Below are positions 28,878 through 39,067 of a stretch of DNA of 64,000 nt, piece after piece (within the stretch, counting starts at the first letter, position 1; each line of letters opens with the position of its first letter). Source of the DNA: Candidatus Omnitrophota bacterium (GTDB taxonomy: Bacteria; Omnitrophota; Gorgyraeia; Zapsychrales; Fredricksoniimonadaceae); contig CAJARJ010000021.1 of NCBI GenBank assembly GCA_903944345.1, forward strand, positions 110,900-174,899, read 5' to 3'. The translations under genes were made by a program, and so were the position numbers. The notes below the pieces were generated by a model. The model did no database searches. It had not been told where the DNA came from and worked only from the letters and a program-made list of their open reading frames with translations.

Positions 28878-30329
28878 ATGAACAGATATCTTTTTTCAAG
28901 TTTTCTTCTGGCCTTTTTCACGGGCGCTTCTTTTTCTATGGCGCAGAGTGAAGGTCCGCAGCTGATAGTCGAACGTTCCGGATTTATCGACGAACTTTCC
29001 ACTCGCGATCAGGATGTGCGGGAGGTTATCGAGCTTGTTGCGCGTAAGGGCGGACTTAATGTCATCAGCGGTCCCGAGGTTAGCGGCAAAGTTACGATTA
29101 TTCTGCGGAATGTGGACGCTAGGGAAGCGCTGCGGACGGTGCTGGAGTCGTGTGGACTGGCGTACTCCGAGGATGGCGCTATTTTGAGGGTCATGACCGC
29201 AGAAGAGTATTCTCTGCGCTATGGGCGTTCATTTGGCCGGGATAAAATTACGCGCGTGATAGGGTTTCATTATATTCCGGTGCAGAAAGCCGCAGCACTT
29301 TTGCAAAGCATGAAAAGCGAAAGCGGACGAGTCATCGCGGACGAGGCGACCGGCAGCCTTGTGATCACCGATGATCCCGATAAAGTGCGTGCCATGGAAG
29401 AGGCCGCGCAGGCGCTGGACATTGAGCTTACCGAAAAAATCCTGACGCTCAAATATGCCCGTGCGGAAGATGTCTTTGAAGCGGTTCGAGATATGGTCAC
29501 CCGCAGTGTGGGCAGCGTTCAGTGCGATGTCGGCGGTAACCGGCTGATTGTGAACGATTCACCCTCCAGTATCGAAAGGATACGGCGTGCGGTGGAGCGC
29601 GAAGATGCCCGCAGTCGTCGGGTTATCCTTGAAGGCAAGCTGGTGCATATTATTCTGGATGACGAACATCTGGGAGGAGTGGACTGGGCCGGGATTCTGG
29701 ATGATTACCGGAACCTGCGTCTGCGCGGCAGATATGATTTTCTTGATGGCGATTCGCAGGACAGGGTTCTTAGCCTCGGAGTTATCACTAATGGCGACTT
29801 CGAGCCTTTGCTTGAAGCGCTGGAGACAGTGGGAGATGTCCGGGAATATCCCTTGAGCAATGTGCGTTTGAGTCAGTCCGACAATGCCCGGGTGACGGTG
29901 CATTTTGACGAGCCAGCCCTTAGTCTGGTCAGCACCAGAGATGAATCGTTTACGCGGGGTACGCAGGCGGCGGCCATGGATTTTGATGTCCGCTTGAGTG
30001 TCGATCCGCAGGGACAGATCGGAGCTAGTGTTATTCTTTCGGATCCGGGCCAGGAACAGTTGCCTTTTTCCAAGGCTTCGGCGGGGGCGCTGGAATTTTG
30101 TTCCGGGGCCACCGTGGTGCTGGGAGGGTTAATAGCCACCGAGAAGATTGCTACAATTCGCAAGATTCCCTTAATGGGGGATTTGCCGATTTTCGGTTTT
30201 GCTTTTCGTTACCGGAACAGTGCTGTTCAGCGCGAAGAGTTTGTGGTATTTCTTACGCCTCGGCTGGTGGTCAGGGATGATGCCGGCGAGATCCTTGAGA
30301 AAACCGAAGTCTTGCAGGGAGGCAATTGA
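28878..30329 (+). CDS. secretin family outer-membrane channel protein (GspD/PilQ-like, short form)
   Basis: Signal peptide. N-terminal secretin_N-like repeats. C-terminal secretin core (ATVVLGGLIATEKI...IPLMGDLPIFGFAFR...EFVVFLTPRLV). Confidence 0.65.
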   Translation: MNRYLFSSFLLAFFTGASFSMAQSEGPQLIVERSGFIDELSTRDQDVREVIELVARKGGLNVISGPEVSGKVTIILRNVDAREALRTVLESCGLAYSEDGAILRVMTAEEYSLRYGRSFGRDKITRVIGFHYIPVQKAAALLQSMKSESGRVIADEATGSLVITDDPDKVRAMEEAAQALDIELTEKILTLKYARAEDVFEAVRDMVTRSVGSVQCDVGGNRLIVNDSPSSIERIRRAVEREDARSRRVILEGKLVHIILDDEHLGGVDWAGILDDYRNLRLRGRYDFLDGDSQDRVLSLGVITNGDFEPLLEALETVGDVREYPLSNVRLSQSDNARVTVHFDEPALSLVSTRDESFTRGTQAAAMDFDVRLSVDPQGQIGASVILSDPGQEQLPFSKASAGALEFCSGATVVLGGLIATEKIATIRKIPLMGDLPIFGFAFRYRNSAVQREEFVVFLTPRLVVRDDAGEILEKTEVLQGGN

Positions 30330-31354
30330 TGCTGCTTCGCCGACTGTTTGCGGTTCTCATTTTGCTGTTATCGGCCGGATGTGCGTCGGTCCCCAGAAAG
30401 CCTGTTGTGGATATTCCTGCGCATGGTCTGGTTCTGGTCGAGATTTGCCGCCGGGACGGGATCACTTGTGAGTGGGACGGGCTGGGACAGACTGTTGCGG
30501 TAAGTTCCCGGGAAAACAGGGTTCTGGCAATGGTTGGCAGTACGCTGGCATTTTCCGGTGAACGTCAGGTGACTTTAAGCGCTCCGCCTCTTTTGTTGTC
30601 CGGCGCTGTGATTGTTCCGCCGGATCTGGAAGCCATGATTGTTTCATCCGCCGGGAAGGCCGAGGTGCCACGCTGGATCGGGCGTGTGGTTGTAGACGCC
30701 GGACATGGCGGCAAAGATCCCGGCGCGTTAGGCGTTAATAAGGCCAAAGAAAAAGAAATCGTACTGGATATTGCCAGAAGAATCCGGGACGGACTGGTTC
30801 GGGCCGGCATCGAGGTGATCATGACCAGAGACGACGACGAGTTTATTTCGCTGGCGGATCGTTCTCAGTCAGGCAGCCGGCCGGAAGTGGATATTTTCTT
30901 GAGCATTCACGCCAATGCGCACAAGAATCGCAGTGCGCGTGGCATTGAAGTTTTTTTCTCCGGTCCGTTAAATTCGACGGATCTTGCGGATGACCAGCGT
31001 ATCCGCAATGGGCGGCTCATGCTTTCTTCCCTGGGGTTGGAGAATTCTTCGGCTGAATTGCGCCGGATTGTTTTTGATATGCTGTACGCTTCCAAAATGT
31101 CGGCAAGCCCGAGATTGTCGGCGGCTATCTCCCGGCATTTATCCGGAACGATTCCGGATAGTCGTAATCGCGGCAGCAAGCCTGCCCGTTTCTTTGTTTT
31201 GCGGCATACTTTGACGCCGGCGGTTTTGATCGAGACTGGATTTGTCAGTAATTTGAGAGAAGCTCGCCTGTTGACCAGCGAGTCCTACCGGCGCAAGCTT
31301 GCGGACGGTATTGTAGAAAGTGTTTTGGAGTTTCTATATGATCAGGGATTGTGA
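30326..31354 (+). CDS. N-acetylmuramoyl-L-alanine amidase (Amidase_3), lipoprotein
   Basis: Lipobox LLSAGC. Catalytic domain with VVDAGHGGKDPGA...IFLSIHANA. Start overlaps the secretin stop (ATGA). Confidence 0.8.
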   Translation: MMLLRRLFAVLILLLSAGCASVPRKPVVDIPAHGLVLVEICRRDGITCEWDGLGQTVAVSSRENRVLAMVGSTLAFSGERQVTLSAPPLLLSGAVIVPPDLEAMIVSSAGKAEVPRWIGRVVVDAGHGGKDPGALGVNKAKEKEIVLDIARRIRDGLVRAGIEVIMTRDDDEFISLADRSQSGSRPEVDIFLSIHANAHKNRSARGIEVFFSGPLNSTDLADDQRIRNGRLMLSSLGLENSSAELRRIVFDMLYASKMSASPRLSAAISRHLSGTIPDSRNRGSKPARFFVLRHTLTPAVLIETGFVSNLREARLLTSESYRRKLADGIVESVLEFLYDQGL

Positions 31355-32147
31355 CCGTCCTATCGGGGTTTTTGATTCGGGCATTGGCGGATTAACCGTG
31401 GCCCAGGAGATTACGCGTCTTTTGCCCAACGAGCAGATCGTTTATTTTGGCGATACCGCCCGGGTTCCGTATGGCACCAAGTCGCGGGAATCCGTAGTGC
31501 GGTTTTCGCGCGAGAATATGAATGTTCTGCTCAAGCACGGGGTCAAGCTCGTGGTGATTGCCTGCAATACATCGACCAGCTGGGCGCTGGGCGCTATTCG
31601 CAAGGAGTTTGCGGTTCCGGTTATAGGTGTTATCGAGCCGGGGGCACGCAGTGCTTTGAAGGTCTCCCGCAAGCGCAGCATCGGGGTTATTGCGACGGCC
31701 TCGACCGTGGCCAGCGGCAAGTATGCGTCCACGATCGAGCGTCTTGCGCCGGGGGCTCATGTGGTGTCCCGGGCCTGTCCGCTTTTTGTTCCTTTGGTCG
31801 AAGAGGGCTGGCTCGAAGGAAAAGTTACCGAAAGTGTGGCGCGGGAATATCTGGCTCCCTTGCGGGACGCCGAGGTAGACACTCTTATTCTGGGGTGCAC
31901 ACATTATCCTTTACTGAAAACCGTTTTGCAGAAAGTGATGGGGCCGGGAGTGGTGCTGGTGGATTCCGCTGCTGAAACGGCCAAAGAGGTCAAATTTTTG
32001 CTTGAGAAGGAAGGGTTGGCCAGAAGCGTCCGGCGGCCTGCACATCACGAGTTTCTTGTTTCCGATGAGCCGGAGCATTTCAGGGCACTGGCCAAGCGTT
32101 TTCTCGGCCACGATCTGCCGCATGTCAGGAGAGTCAATCATGTTTGA
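31338..32147 (+). CDS. murI: glutamate racemase
   Basis: IGVFDSGIGGLTV, CNTSTS and GCTHYP active-site motifs. Confidence 0.85.
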   Translation: MIRDCDRPIGVFDSGIGGLTVAQEITRLLPNEQIVYFGDTARVPYGTKSRESVVRFSRENMNVLLKHGVKLVVIACNTSTSWALGAIRKEFAVPVIGVIEPGARSALKVSRKRSIGVIATASTVASGKYASTIERLAPGAHVVSRACPLFVPLVEEGWLEGKVTESVAREYLAPLRDAEVDTLILGCTHYPLLKTVLQKVMGPGVVLVDSAAETAKEVKFLLEKEGLARSVRRPAHHEFLVSDEPEHFRALAKRFLGHDLPHVRRVNHV

Positions 32148-32502
32148 GCTTACGGTCAGGGACGATTTTTCGTCAGCACATTTTTTGCGGGATTATGACG
32201 GGCAATGCCGAAATCTGCACGGGCATACCTGGAAAGTCGCGGTTACGGTTTCCGGCAGTGAGCTTGACCGTATTGGGGTTATGGCGGATTTTGTCAGCAT
32301 GAAAAAGCATCTAAAAGCCATTCTTGACCAGTTGGATCACGCCTGTCTGAATGATCTGGATTTTTTTAAGGAAAACAACCCGACGGCCGAGAACCTTGCC
32401 CGGTATATCTATACAGAATATAAACCGCTGATTGCCCCCGTTCATCTGGTCAAGGTCCGGGTCTGGGAGTCAGAGCGAGCGGATGTTGTTTATTATGAAT
32501 AA
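32140..32502 (+). CDS. queD: 6-carboxy-5,6,7,8-tetrahydropterin synthase
   Basis: FSSAHFL...LHGHTWKV zinc-binding motifs, 120 aa. Start overlaps the murI stop. Confidence 0.8.
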   Translation: MFELTVRDDFSSAHFLRDYDGQCRNLHGHTWKVAVTVSGSELDRIGVMADFVSMKKHLKAILDQLDHACLNDLDFFKENNPTAENLARYIYTEYKPLIAPVHLVKVRVWESERADVVYYE

Positions 32503-33160
32503 AAAAGCGATTGTACTCTTGTCTGGCGGGTTGGATTCGGCTACTACCTTGTATTACGCCCTGAATGAAGGCTATAGCGTCGAGGCCCTGGTCTTTGATT
32601 ACGGTCAGAAGCACAAGCGGGAAATCCGTTGTGCCCAGGCTCTGGCGCGGGTTGCCGGAGTTCCGGCTTTCAAGGTCAAGATTGCTTTGCCCTGGCGCGG
32701 GTCGTCCTTGCTGGATCCCGGAATCAAGGTTCCGGACAAAGGGGTGCGCAAGAATACTATTCCCTCAACCTATGTTCCGGCGCGCAATATTATTTTTGTC
32801 AGTTTTGCCGCGTCCTGCGCGGAAGCTGTTGGAGCGCGGACAGTTTTTATCGGGGCCAATGCGGTTGATTATTCGGGTTATCCGGATTGTCGTCCCGAGT
32901 TTTTTTCGGCTTTTCAGAAGGCGCTGGATGCGGGGCTTAAGGCCGGGGTGGAGCACCGGGGTATTCGTATTTGTACGCCTTTGCTCAAGCTTAGCAAGGC
33001 CGGGATTGTCAGGCTGGGAACACGGCTTGGCGTTCCTTTCGAAAAAACCTGGTCATGTTACAATGGCGAAGGTGTTCCGTGCGGAGTGTGCGACAGCTGC
33101 CGTTTACGTGCCGGCGGTTTTAAGGAGGCAGGGGTACGTGATCCTCTGGTAAAGAATTGA
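32495..33160 (+). CDS. queC: 7-cyano-7-deazaguanine synthase
   Basis: PP-loop AIVLLSGGLDSAT and C-terminal zinc cysteines CGVCDSCRLR. Confidence 0.85.
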   Translation: MNKKAIVLLSGGLDSATTLYYALNEGYSVEALVFDYGQKHKREIRCAQALARVAGVPAFKVKIALPWRGSSLLDPGIKVPDKGVRKNTIPSTYVPARNIIFVSFAASCAEAVGARTVFIGANAVDYSGYPDCRPEFFSAFQKALDAGLKAGVEHRGIRICTPLLKLSKAGIVRLGTRLGVPFEKTWSCYNGEGVPCGVCDSCRLRAGGFKEAGVRDPLVKN

Positions 33161-33849
33161 TGAAAGCCAGAATTGCCGAAGTGTTTCATTCTATCCAGGG
33201 CGAAGGCCGTTATGCGGGTGTTCCCCAGGTGTTTGTGCGTTTTGCCGGATGCAATCTGAATTGTTCCTGGTGCGATACGCCCCAGGCCCGTGATGTGTGC
33301 GCGGGCAGTTTTAACGAGTTTGACCCGATTGAACTTTGGGTGGAAGTCGAAAAAATTTGGCGGGGAGCCCACTCGGTCAGCCTGACCGGCGGCGAACCGT
33401 TATTGCAGGGAGAATTTCTCAGGGAATTCCTGCGTATTCTCAAGGTTTATAAAGTGCGTACGTATCTGGAGACCAACGGCACTCTTCCCCGGGAACTGGA
33501 AAAAATTGTCAATGATATTGATATTGTTTCCATGGATCTCAAGCTGCCCAGCTCCACCGGCTGCCACGGTTACTGGGATGAACATGTGGATTTTCTGCGG
33601 GTCGCCTGGGGGCGGGAGCTGTTTCTCAAGACGGTCATAAGTCATACAACCTCCATGGAGGACATTGTCCGGGCGGTTGAGATGATCTGTAAGGGTGACC
33701 CGTCCATGCCTTTGTTTTTGCAGCCTAATTATTTCGATATAGAAAGCGGCATTATGGAGCGCTGCCAGGAGCTCCAGGAATACTGTCTGAATTATCTGAC
33801 AGATGTCAGGATTGTGCCGCAGATGCACAAGTTTATGGGGATCAGATAA
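33160..33849 (+). CDS. queE: 7-carboxy-7-deazaguanine synthase (radical SAM)
   Basis: CNLNCSWCDTP radical-SAM cysteine motif. Overlaps the queC stop (TGATG). Confidence 0.8.
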   Translation: MKARIAEVFHSIQGEGRYAGVPQVFVRFAGCNLNCSWCDTPQARDVCAGSFNEFDPIELWVEVEKIWRGAHSVSLTGGEPLLQGEFLREFLRILKVYKVRTYLETNGTLPRELEKIVNDIDIVSMDLKLPSSTGCHGYWDEHVDFLRVAWGRELFLKTVISHTTSMEDIVRAVEMICKGDPSMPLFLQPNYFDIESGIMERCQELQEYCLNYLTDVRIVPQMHKFMGIR

Positions 33850-33886
33850 ACGGATGCGGCTTTCGCATCAGCTTCGGGGAGGAAAT

Positions 33887-34282
33887 ATGAACAGTTCATA
33901 TGAAGGCAGGCAGGACAATATTCGTGCTCTCAAGACCCCGCTGATCGAGGTCTGGAAGAACCAGTACGCCGGGAGGAATTACCGTATTCATCTGGAGATT
34001 CCGGAATTTACGTGTGTGTGTCCCAAAACCGGTTTGCCGGATTTTGCCGAGATCAAGATTGATTATTGCCCGGCAAAAGATTGTCTGGAGCTCAAGTCGC
34101 TTAAGATGTACACGCTTTTTTACCGGGAAGTAGGAATTTTTCATGAACATCTGGTCAATAAGTTGCTGGATGACCTGGTCAAAGCTTGTCGTCCCCGTTG
34201 GATGAAAATTCTGGTAGAGATGAATCCCCGGGGAGGGATTTACACTTCGGTAGAGGCGGAATATAAGGGGAGAAAAGCATGA
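33887..34282 (+). CDS. queF: NADPH-dependent 7-cyano-7-deazaguanine reductase (type I, YkvM-like)
   Basis: [21 protein letters not shown] QueF motif with the catalytic Cys. GGGGAGG RBS. Confidence 0.8.
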   Translation: MNSSYEGRQDNIRALKTPLIEVWKNQYAGRNYRIHLEIPEFTCVCPKTGLPDFAEIKIDYCPAKDCLELKSLKMYTLFYREVGIFHEHLVNKLLDDLVKACRPRWMKILVEMNPRGGIYTSVEAEYKGRKA

Positions 34283-35001
34283 AGCGGATTGACGGACGGG
34301 CTTATGATCAGTTGCGCCGGGTAACGGTGCAAAAGAATTATCTCAAACACGCCGAAGGTTCCTGTCTGATCGCTTTTGGTGAAACCCGTGTTGTTTGTTC
34401 TGCTTCGGTTGAAGAAGGCGTGCCTCCTTTTTTGAAGGGCAAGGGGCAGGGTTGGGTGACCGCCGAATATGGCATGTTGCCGCGTTCCTGCACCCAGCGG
34501 ATCAATCGCGAAAAGGGAGGGGGTTCGGGTCGCACCCAGGAGATTCAGCGCCTGGTTGGCCGGTCATTGCGCGCGGTGGTTGATATGAAGCTTCTGGGCG
34601 AGCGTACGGTAAAAATTGATTGCGATGTTATTCAGGGCGATGGTGGCACCCGGACAGCGTCTATTACCGGAGGGTACATTGCCTTGGCATTGGCTTTGCA
34701 GAAAATAAAAAAGAATGGCCTGATCAAGAATATTCCACTGACGGAACGGGTGGCGGCCATTAGTGTCGGCATAAAAGACGGCCAGGCTATGCTTGATCTT
34801 TGTTACGAGGAAGACAGCAAGGCGGATGTGGATATGAATGTCGTTATGGTTGGTGCAATGAATTTTGTGGAAGTGCAAGGAACGGCAGAGGGGCAATCTT
34901 TCTCAAAGAAAGACATGGATGCCATGCTGGCATTGGCGCAAAAAGGGATACGGGAACTTTTTGTTGTGCAGGACAAGGCTTTAAAAAGCAGCAAGCGCTG
35001 A
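34279..35001 (+). CDS. rph: ribonuclease PH
   Basis: RPIRVTVQ-like N-terminus, [12 protein letters not shown] motif, 240 aa. Overlaps the queF stop. Confidence 0.85.
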   Translation: MKRIDGRAYDQLRRVTVQKNYLKHAEGSCLIAFGETRVVCSASVEEGVPPFLKGKGQGWVTAEYGMLPRSCTQRINREKGGGSGRTQEIQRLVGRSLRAVVDMKLLGERTVKIDCDVIQGDGGTRTASITGGYIALALALQKIKKNGLIKNIPLTERVAAISVGIKDGQAMLDLCYEEDSKADVDMNVVMVGAMNFVEVQGTAEGQSFSKKDMDAMLALAQKGIRELFVVQDKALKSSKR

Positions 35002-35034
35002 CTGTTTCAGGCAAGAAGCAGAGAGGGAGACCAG

Positions 35035-35640
35035 GTGGAAATAAAACAGCTCTTGATTGCCACGCGTAATCAGGGAAAAGTCAGGGAGTTGCGCGACTTG
35101 TTGTCACCGATGGGGATTTCTGTGCTGTCGCTGGCGGATATCAAAAATGCGCCTGCGGTTGTGGAGGATGGACTGACCTTTCGTGCTAATGCGGCAAAGA
35201 AAGCGGTGGAATTGGCGCAATTCACCGGTGCGCCGGTTATGGGAGAAGATTCAGGGCTGGAAGTCGACGCCTTGGATGGCCGGCCGGGAGTTTTCTCGGC
35301 CCGTTATTCCGGCGAGAATGCCACCGATGAACAGAATAACGACAAGCTTTTGCAGGAACTCGCCGGGGTGCCCATGGAGCGGCGCCGTGCCCGCTATCGC
35401 AGTGCCATCGCTTTTGCCGATCCGCATGATCTGATAGATGTTGTCGAGGGCAGCTGCGAGGGTGTTATTACAACAGAGCGGCGGGGCCAGAATGGTTTTG
35501 GCTATGATCCGCTTTTTCTAATTCCGCAGTACCAGAAGACTTTCGGTGAGCTTCCGTTGGAAGTCAAACAAACCTTAAGTCACCGCGCACAGGCGTTCCG
35601 GCTTTTTCTCAAGGTTCTCGAACGTTATCTTGTTGCCTGA
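35035..35640 (+). CDS. rdgB: dITP/XTP pyrophosphatase (Ham1/RdgB)
   Basis: LIATRNQGKVRE ... FGYDPLF Ham1 motifs; GTG start. Confidence 0.8.
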   Translation: MEIKQLLIATRNQGKVRELRDLLSPMGISVLSLADIKNAPAVVEDGLTFRANAAKKAVELAQFTGAPVMGEDSGLEVDALDGRPGVFSARYSGENATDEQNNDKLLQELAGVPMERRRARYRSAIAFADPHDLIDVVEGSCEGVITTERRGQNGFGYDPLFLIPQYQKTFGELPLEVKQTLSHRAQAFRLFLKVLERYLVA

Positions 35641-35723
35641 ACGCTGCCCGGACAATTGTGGTAATCCAGGCCGAATTCCGGTCGTCACTTGTTGTTTTTG
35701 AGCGGCTATTGCACGGTTCGGGG

Positions 35724-38700
35724 CTATTCAAAGATTTTCAGCAAGCCTCCGACTGTATTTTGCAGGGTCTTTTTGATCAGGGCAGGGGCTCCCAGATCGT
35801 GCTCAATCTTTGGTTTCGAGAGTGTTCCGCTTACGCGGATATTGATCAGCCCGTCGGTCGGATTGATGGCGGCGCCTGCTTCGGTCAAAGGTTCCAGCCT
35901 GGGCGTGATATTCATATCGATGTTCTGGTTCCAGTCGAGCCAGCCTTCTCCCAGTATTGAGACCGACCGGCTTTTGAGAGTCAAATCATTGGTGGTAATC
36001 TTTTCGTCCGCGAAATCAAGAGTGGCGCTGGCGTCGGTGATGATAATGTCTCCGCCCTGGAATGTGGTCGAAAGGATGTTGAGCACGCGGGAGAGAATCT
36101 CGAATTCCCACAAATAACCTTCTGTAACAGTAACCCTGGCCTGACCGTTCATTTTTTGCCATTTCAGGGTTTCGCCTTTGAGTTTCCCATCGACAGAAAG
36201 GAACCCGGAAATCTGCTTCTGGCTCAGAGGAGTGTCTTTTTTGAGCAGGGCCAGATCAGTTCGGTCGAGTTTGATAACGGTAGTAAAGGGCATATCGGCC
36301 TGGTCCAGGCGCAGACTCGCATCGAGCATGAGGGCCCCGTTGTAGAGGTTGCCTTCGAGTGAGAGTGGTTCGATCAGCCCGTCTTTCTGTTTGGCCTGCA
36401 GGGAAAGATTCTGCAGTTTGTAGCCCATAATTTTGACCAGAGAGGATTCAATACTTAATGTGCTGCTGTATTTCATCCATTCGGCTACGGGGCCTTTGAT
36501 GTCTCCCTTGATCAGGAGTGTTCCCGATGCCTGGAGGTTTTTAAGTTGTTCTGCTTGTTCTGTGGGCAGAAGTCCGGGCAGATCCTGCAAGGAGAGGTTG
36601 ATTTCTGTATGTATATCCATCGAAGGATTCTGGCCAGCCGGGAGGCTTATTAGCCCGTTAAGGGTCAGCGTTGAATCCAGGGCAGAGGCGGACATCTTGT
36701 TAATGTGGACAGTATCTGCGGTTTTGCGCGCATCTATGCCGAGGACAATGTCTCCGGTTTTGAGGGAGGCGCTGATGTCGGGATTTGTTATCAGATTTTT
36801 GATGGTGCCATTAATTGTAAATGGTCGGTTCTGGAAGGTTGTAGTTAGTTCCTTGATAGTCAGAGCGCCGGAGAGGTAAGTTAGTGTTCCGGAGAGATTC
36901 TCGAGTTTTTGCGCAAGTTTATCGCTTGAAATCCAGACATCAGCGAGGATGGCCTGGGCATCTATTTCGGCGTCCATAATTTTGGCCAGAGAGCCGTTGA
37001 TAGACGCCTGGGCCTGGAGGGTTCCTTTCAGGGCAAGCTGGTGCTCCTTGATTAGTTCGGGAATCAGCCGGGTAGCCATGGCCAGATCAAAGCGGGGAAC
37101 AGTTGCCTGGATTTTGAGCAGTGGATCAGCAAAGCGGCTGATCTCTCCGGTCAGGCTGATGTCAGTATCAAGAGTGTTCAAAGAGAGGCTGTTAATGGTC
37201 AGCTTGTCGGTTGTAAAAGTAGCCCGGGTGCTGATCGCCGAAACCTGGTCAACTTGAGGGACTTTACTCATGCGGGCATTGTCCAGAGATACAGAACCTT
37301 CATAGGCCAGGGGTTGAGGATTGCCGGGATCGAAAGCCAGTCGGATCAGGACACGGGGTTCGCCTTCGAAAGTCATATCCTGTGGCATGGTCATGCGCGT
37401 ATTCCGGCAGTCAATCCGGGAGGTAAGAACCGGTTTGCCGTTTACGGTTTCCAGGCGGGTTTCGTTTGCGGACACGGAGGTCTGGATAGTCAAAGCATCG
37501 ATACTGGCCAGCAGATTTTTGATTTCGATATTTCCGGTTGCGGCGAGTCCGGCGGAGCCGGATTTAAACTGGATATCCGCAATGGCCTGATCAGCTTTAA
37601 GATTTTGGGTCTTGCCGAGAGTCAGCAGCAGGTTGGTGATTTCCACGCCTCCGGAAGCGGATATGTCCGCTTCCTTCATGGTCAGTGTGGCAGAGTTGAC
37701 TTTGAGTTTTCCGGAGACGGACTGCTGCGCGGGCAGGTTAAGCGAGGTGATTTCGGCTTCCAGACTGCCTTCGGTCTTAAGGCCGTTTTTGTCCAACTGC
37801 AGCGAGCTGATATCCGCGGACAAAGAGGCACTTAAAGATATGTCGGGGCTGGCGCTCAGAAGTGTTTCTGCCGTTTTGAAGCGGCCCTGCAGGCTGATAG
37901 CTCCATCACTTGTCATGGTCAGAAAAACATCTTTCATATCCAGAGCTGTTTTGATTGATGTTTTGGGGGCAGGATCGGCGTCAAGCGCTGCGATGGCGGC
38001 ACTGCCTTCGAGTTCCAGTTTTCCTTTGGCCCAGAAAGCCGTGATCCGTGCGGAAGTAAGATCCAGCTGGCGGATGGTGAGCGGTAGCACCGGAGCAAAG
38101 CGCAGATATCGTCCGGCTGAAAGTCCGGCGATTTCCAGCGTTCCTTTGAAGGACTCTTCTTTGATCAGATACCGGGCCTCCACTCCCAGCGTTCCCTTGG
38201 TTGCCGGCAGACCGATGGTGCCAGAGAGGGCTATTGAGCTGTCCAAAGCCAGCGAACCTTTCAGATTCACCGGTTCGATGGTTTCTTCAAAAGGCTTCTC
38301 TCCGGAAAGATCGCTGATCTGGATGCGTCCGTTCGTGAGGGAAAAGCCGCTGACAATAATTTGAAAAGCGGGGGTTTCTTGCTTCGCGGTTTTTGAGGGA
38401 GCGGGCAAAAGGTCACTGAAGTTCCAGAGGTTTTCGCTGAAATGGATAATTCTGACAGACGGGTTGGTGACCTGCAGGTTGGGGATTACGATCTTTTTAT
38501 GAATCAGAGGCAGAAAAAGAACTTGCGCCGAAATTTCATCCAGGCGGACAAAGGATTCGTCATTCTTGTCCTTGGAGCGGATATCAAGATCGGTGAGGAC
38601 AAAACCTTTGAGCGGATGGTAGTAGAGGCGGTCAAAAGTTAATTCGCGTTTAAGCTGTTCTTTGAGGCTGCGCAGAACCATGTCCTTTACCTGAACCGGG

Positions 38701-38783
38701 ATGAGTATCCGGTTAACGTACAAGACGGCGGCGGATGCCAGTGCAACAATGAGTGCTGTGGTGACAAGAATTCTTTTGAGCAT
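35724..38783 (-). CDS. AsmA/TamB-like large envelope protein (1019 aa)
   Basis: N-terminal membrane anchor followed by a long, repetitive, beta-rich region typical of the AsmA family. Confidence 0.55.
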   Translation of the reverse strand: MLKRILVTTALIVALASAAVLYVNRILIPVQVKDMVLRSLKEQLKRELTFDRLYYHPLKGFVLTDLDIRSKDKNDESFVRLDEISAQVLFLPLIHKKIVIPNLQVTNPSVRIIHFSENLWNFSDLLPAPSKTAKQETPAFQIIVSGFSLTNGRIQISDLSGEKPFEETIEPVNLKGSLALDSSIALSGTIGLPATKGTLGVEARYLIKEESFKGTLEIAGLSAGRYLRFAPVLPLTIRQLDLTSARITAFWAKGKLELEGSAAIAALDADPAPKTSIKTALDMKDVFLTMTSDGAISLQGRFKTAETLLSASPDISLSASLSADISSLQLDKNGLKTEGSLEAEITSLNLPAQQSVSGKLKVNSATLTMKEADISASGGVEITNLLLTLGKTQNLKADQAIADIQFKSGSAGLAATGNIEIKNLLASIDALTIQTSVSANETRLETVNGKPVLTSRIDCRNTRMTMPQDMTFEGEPRVLIRLAFDPGNPQPLAYEGSVSLDNARMSKVPQVDQVSAISTRATFTTDKLTINSLSLNTLDTDISLTGEISRFADPLLKIQATVPRFDLAMATRLIPELIKEHQLALKGTLQAQASINGSLAKIMDAEIDAQAILADVWISSDKLAQKLENLSGTLTYLSGALTIKELTTTFQNRPFTINGTIKNLITNPDISASLKTGDIVLGIDARKTADTVHINKMSASALDSTLTLNGLISLPAGQNPSMDIHTEINLSLQDLPGLLPTEQAEQLKNLQASGTLLIKGDIKGPVAEWMKYSSTLSIESSLVKIMGYKLQNLSLQAKQKDGLIEPLSLEGNLYNGALMLDASLRLDQADMPFTTVIKLDRTDLALLKKDTPLSQKQISGFLSVDGKLKGETLKWQKMNGQARVTVTEGYLWEFEILSRVLNILSTTFQGGDIIITDASATLDFADEKITTNDLTLKSRSVSILGEGWLDWNQNIDMNITPRLEPLTEAGAAINPTDGLINIRVSGTLSKPKIEHDLGAPALIKKTLQNTVGGLLKIFE

Positions 38784-39067
38784 GGAAATGTTCCTGTTGT
38801 TTTGTTTCGAAAGACGCTTTTAAGAATATTGGGACTTCGGGATATTAATTCAGACGCAAGGTATTATATCATAAAGGAAAAGGAAGGCACTGGATCAGGG
38901 GGCATTTTTATTGGTCCGTATGAAATGCTCTTTTTGTCTACAAATCAGCCGGATGATAAGCTAGAATCGGAGACGTTGGTTTTGGTCATTCACAGCTTTT
39001 ATACACCGCATACTTGTCGTTACCGGACGGCTGTTGCGTAACTCGGGTTCAGGACGGAGGGGTTTAT

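Noticed and set aside
37254-38364. Plus-strand ORFs (193 aa and 250 aa) inside the AsmA/TamB-like gene
   Set aside because: They are antisense to a 1019 aa gene with consistent periodic codon usage. The translations are Ser/Ala-rich with no motifs.
38784-39067. c-di-GMP or other riboswitch in the long leader of the GspE-like ATPase
   Set aside because: I could not recognise GEMM or other riboswitch consensus elements by eye. Retained only as a check-by-Rfam suggestion.
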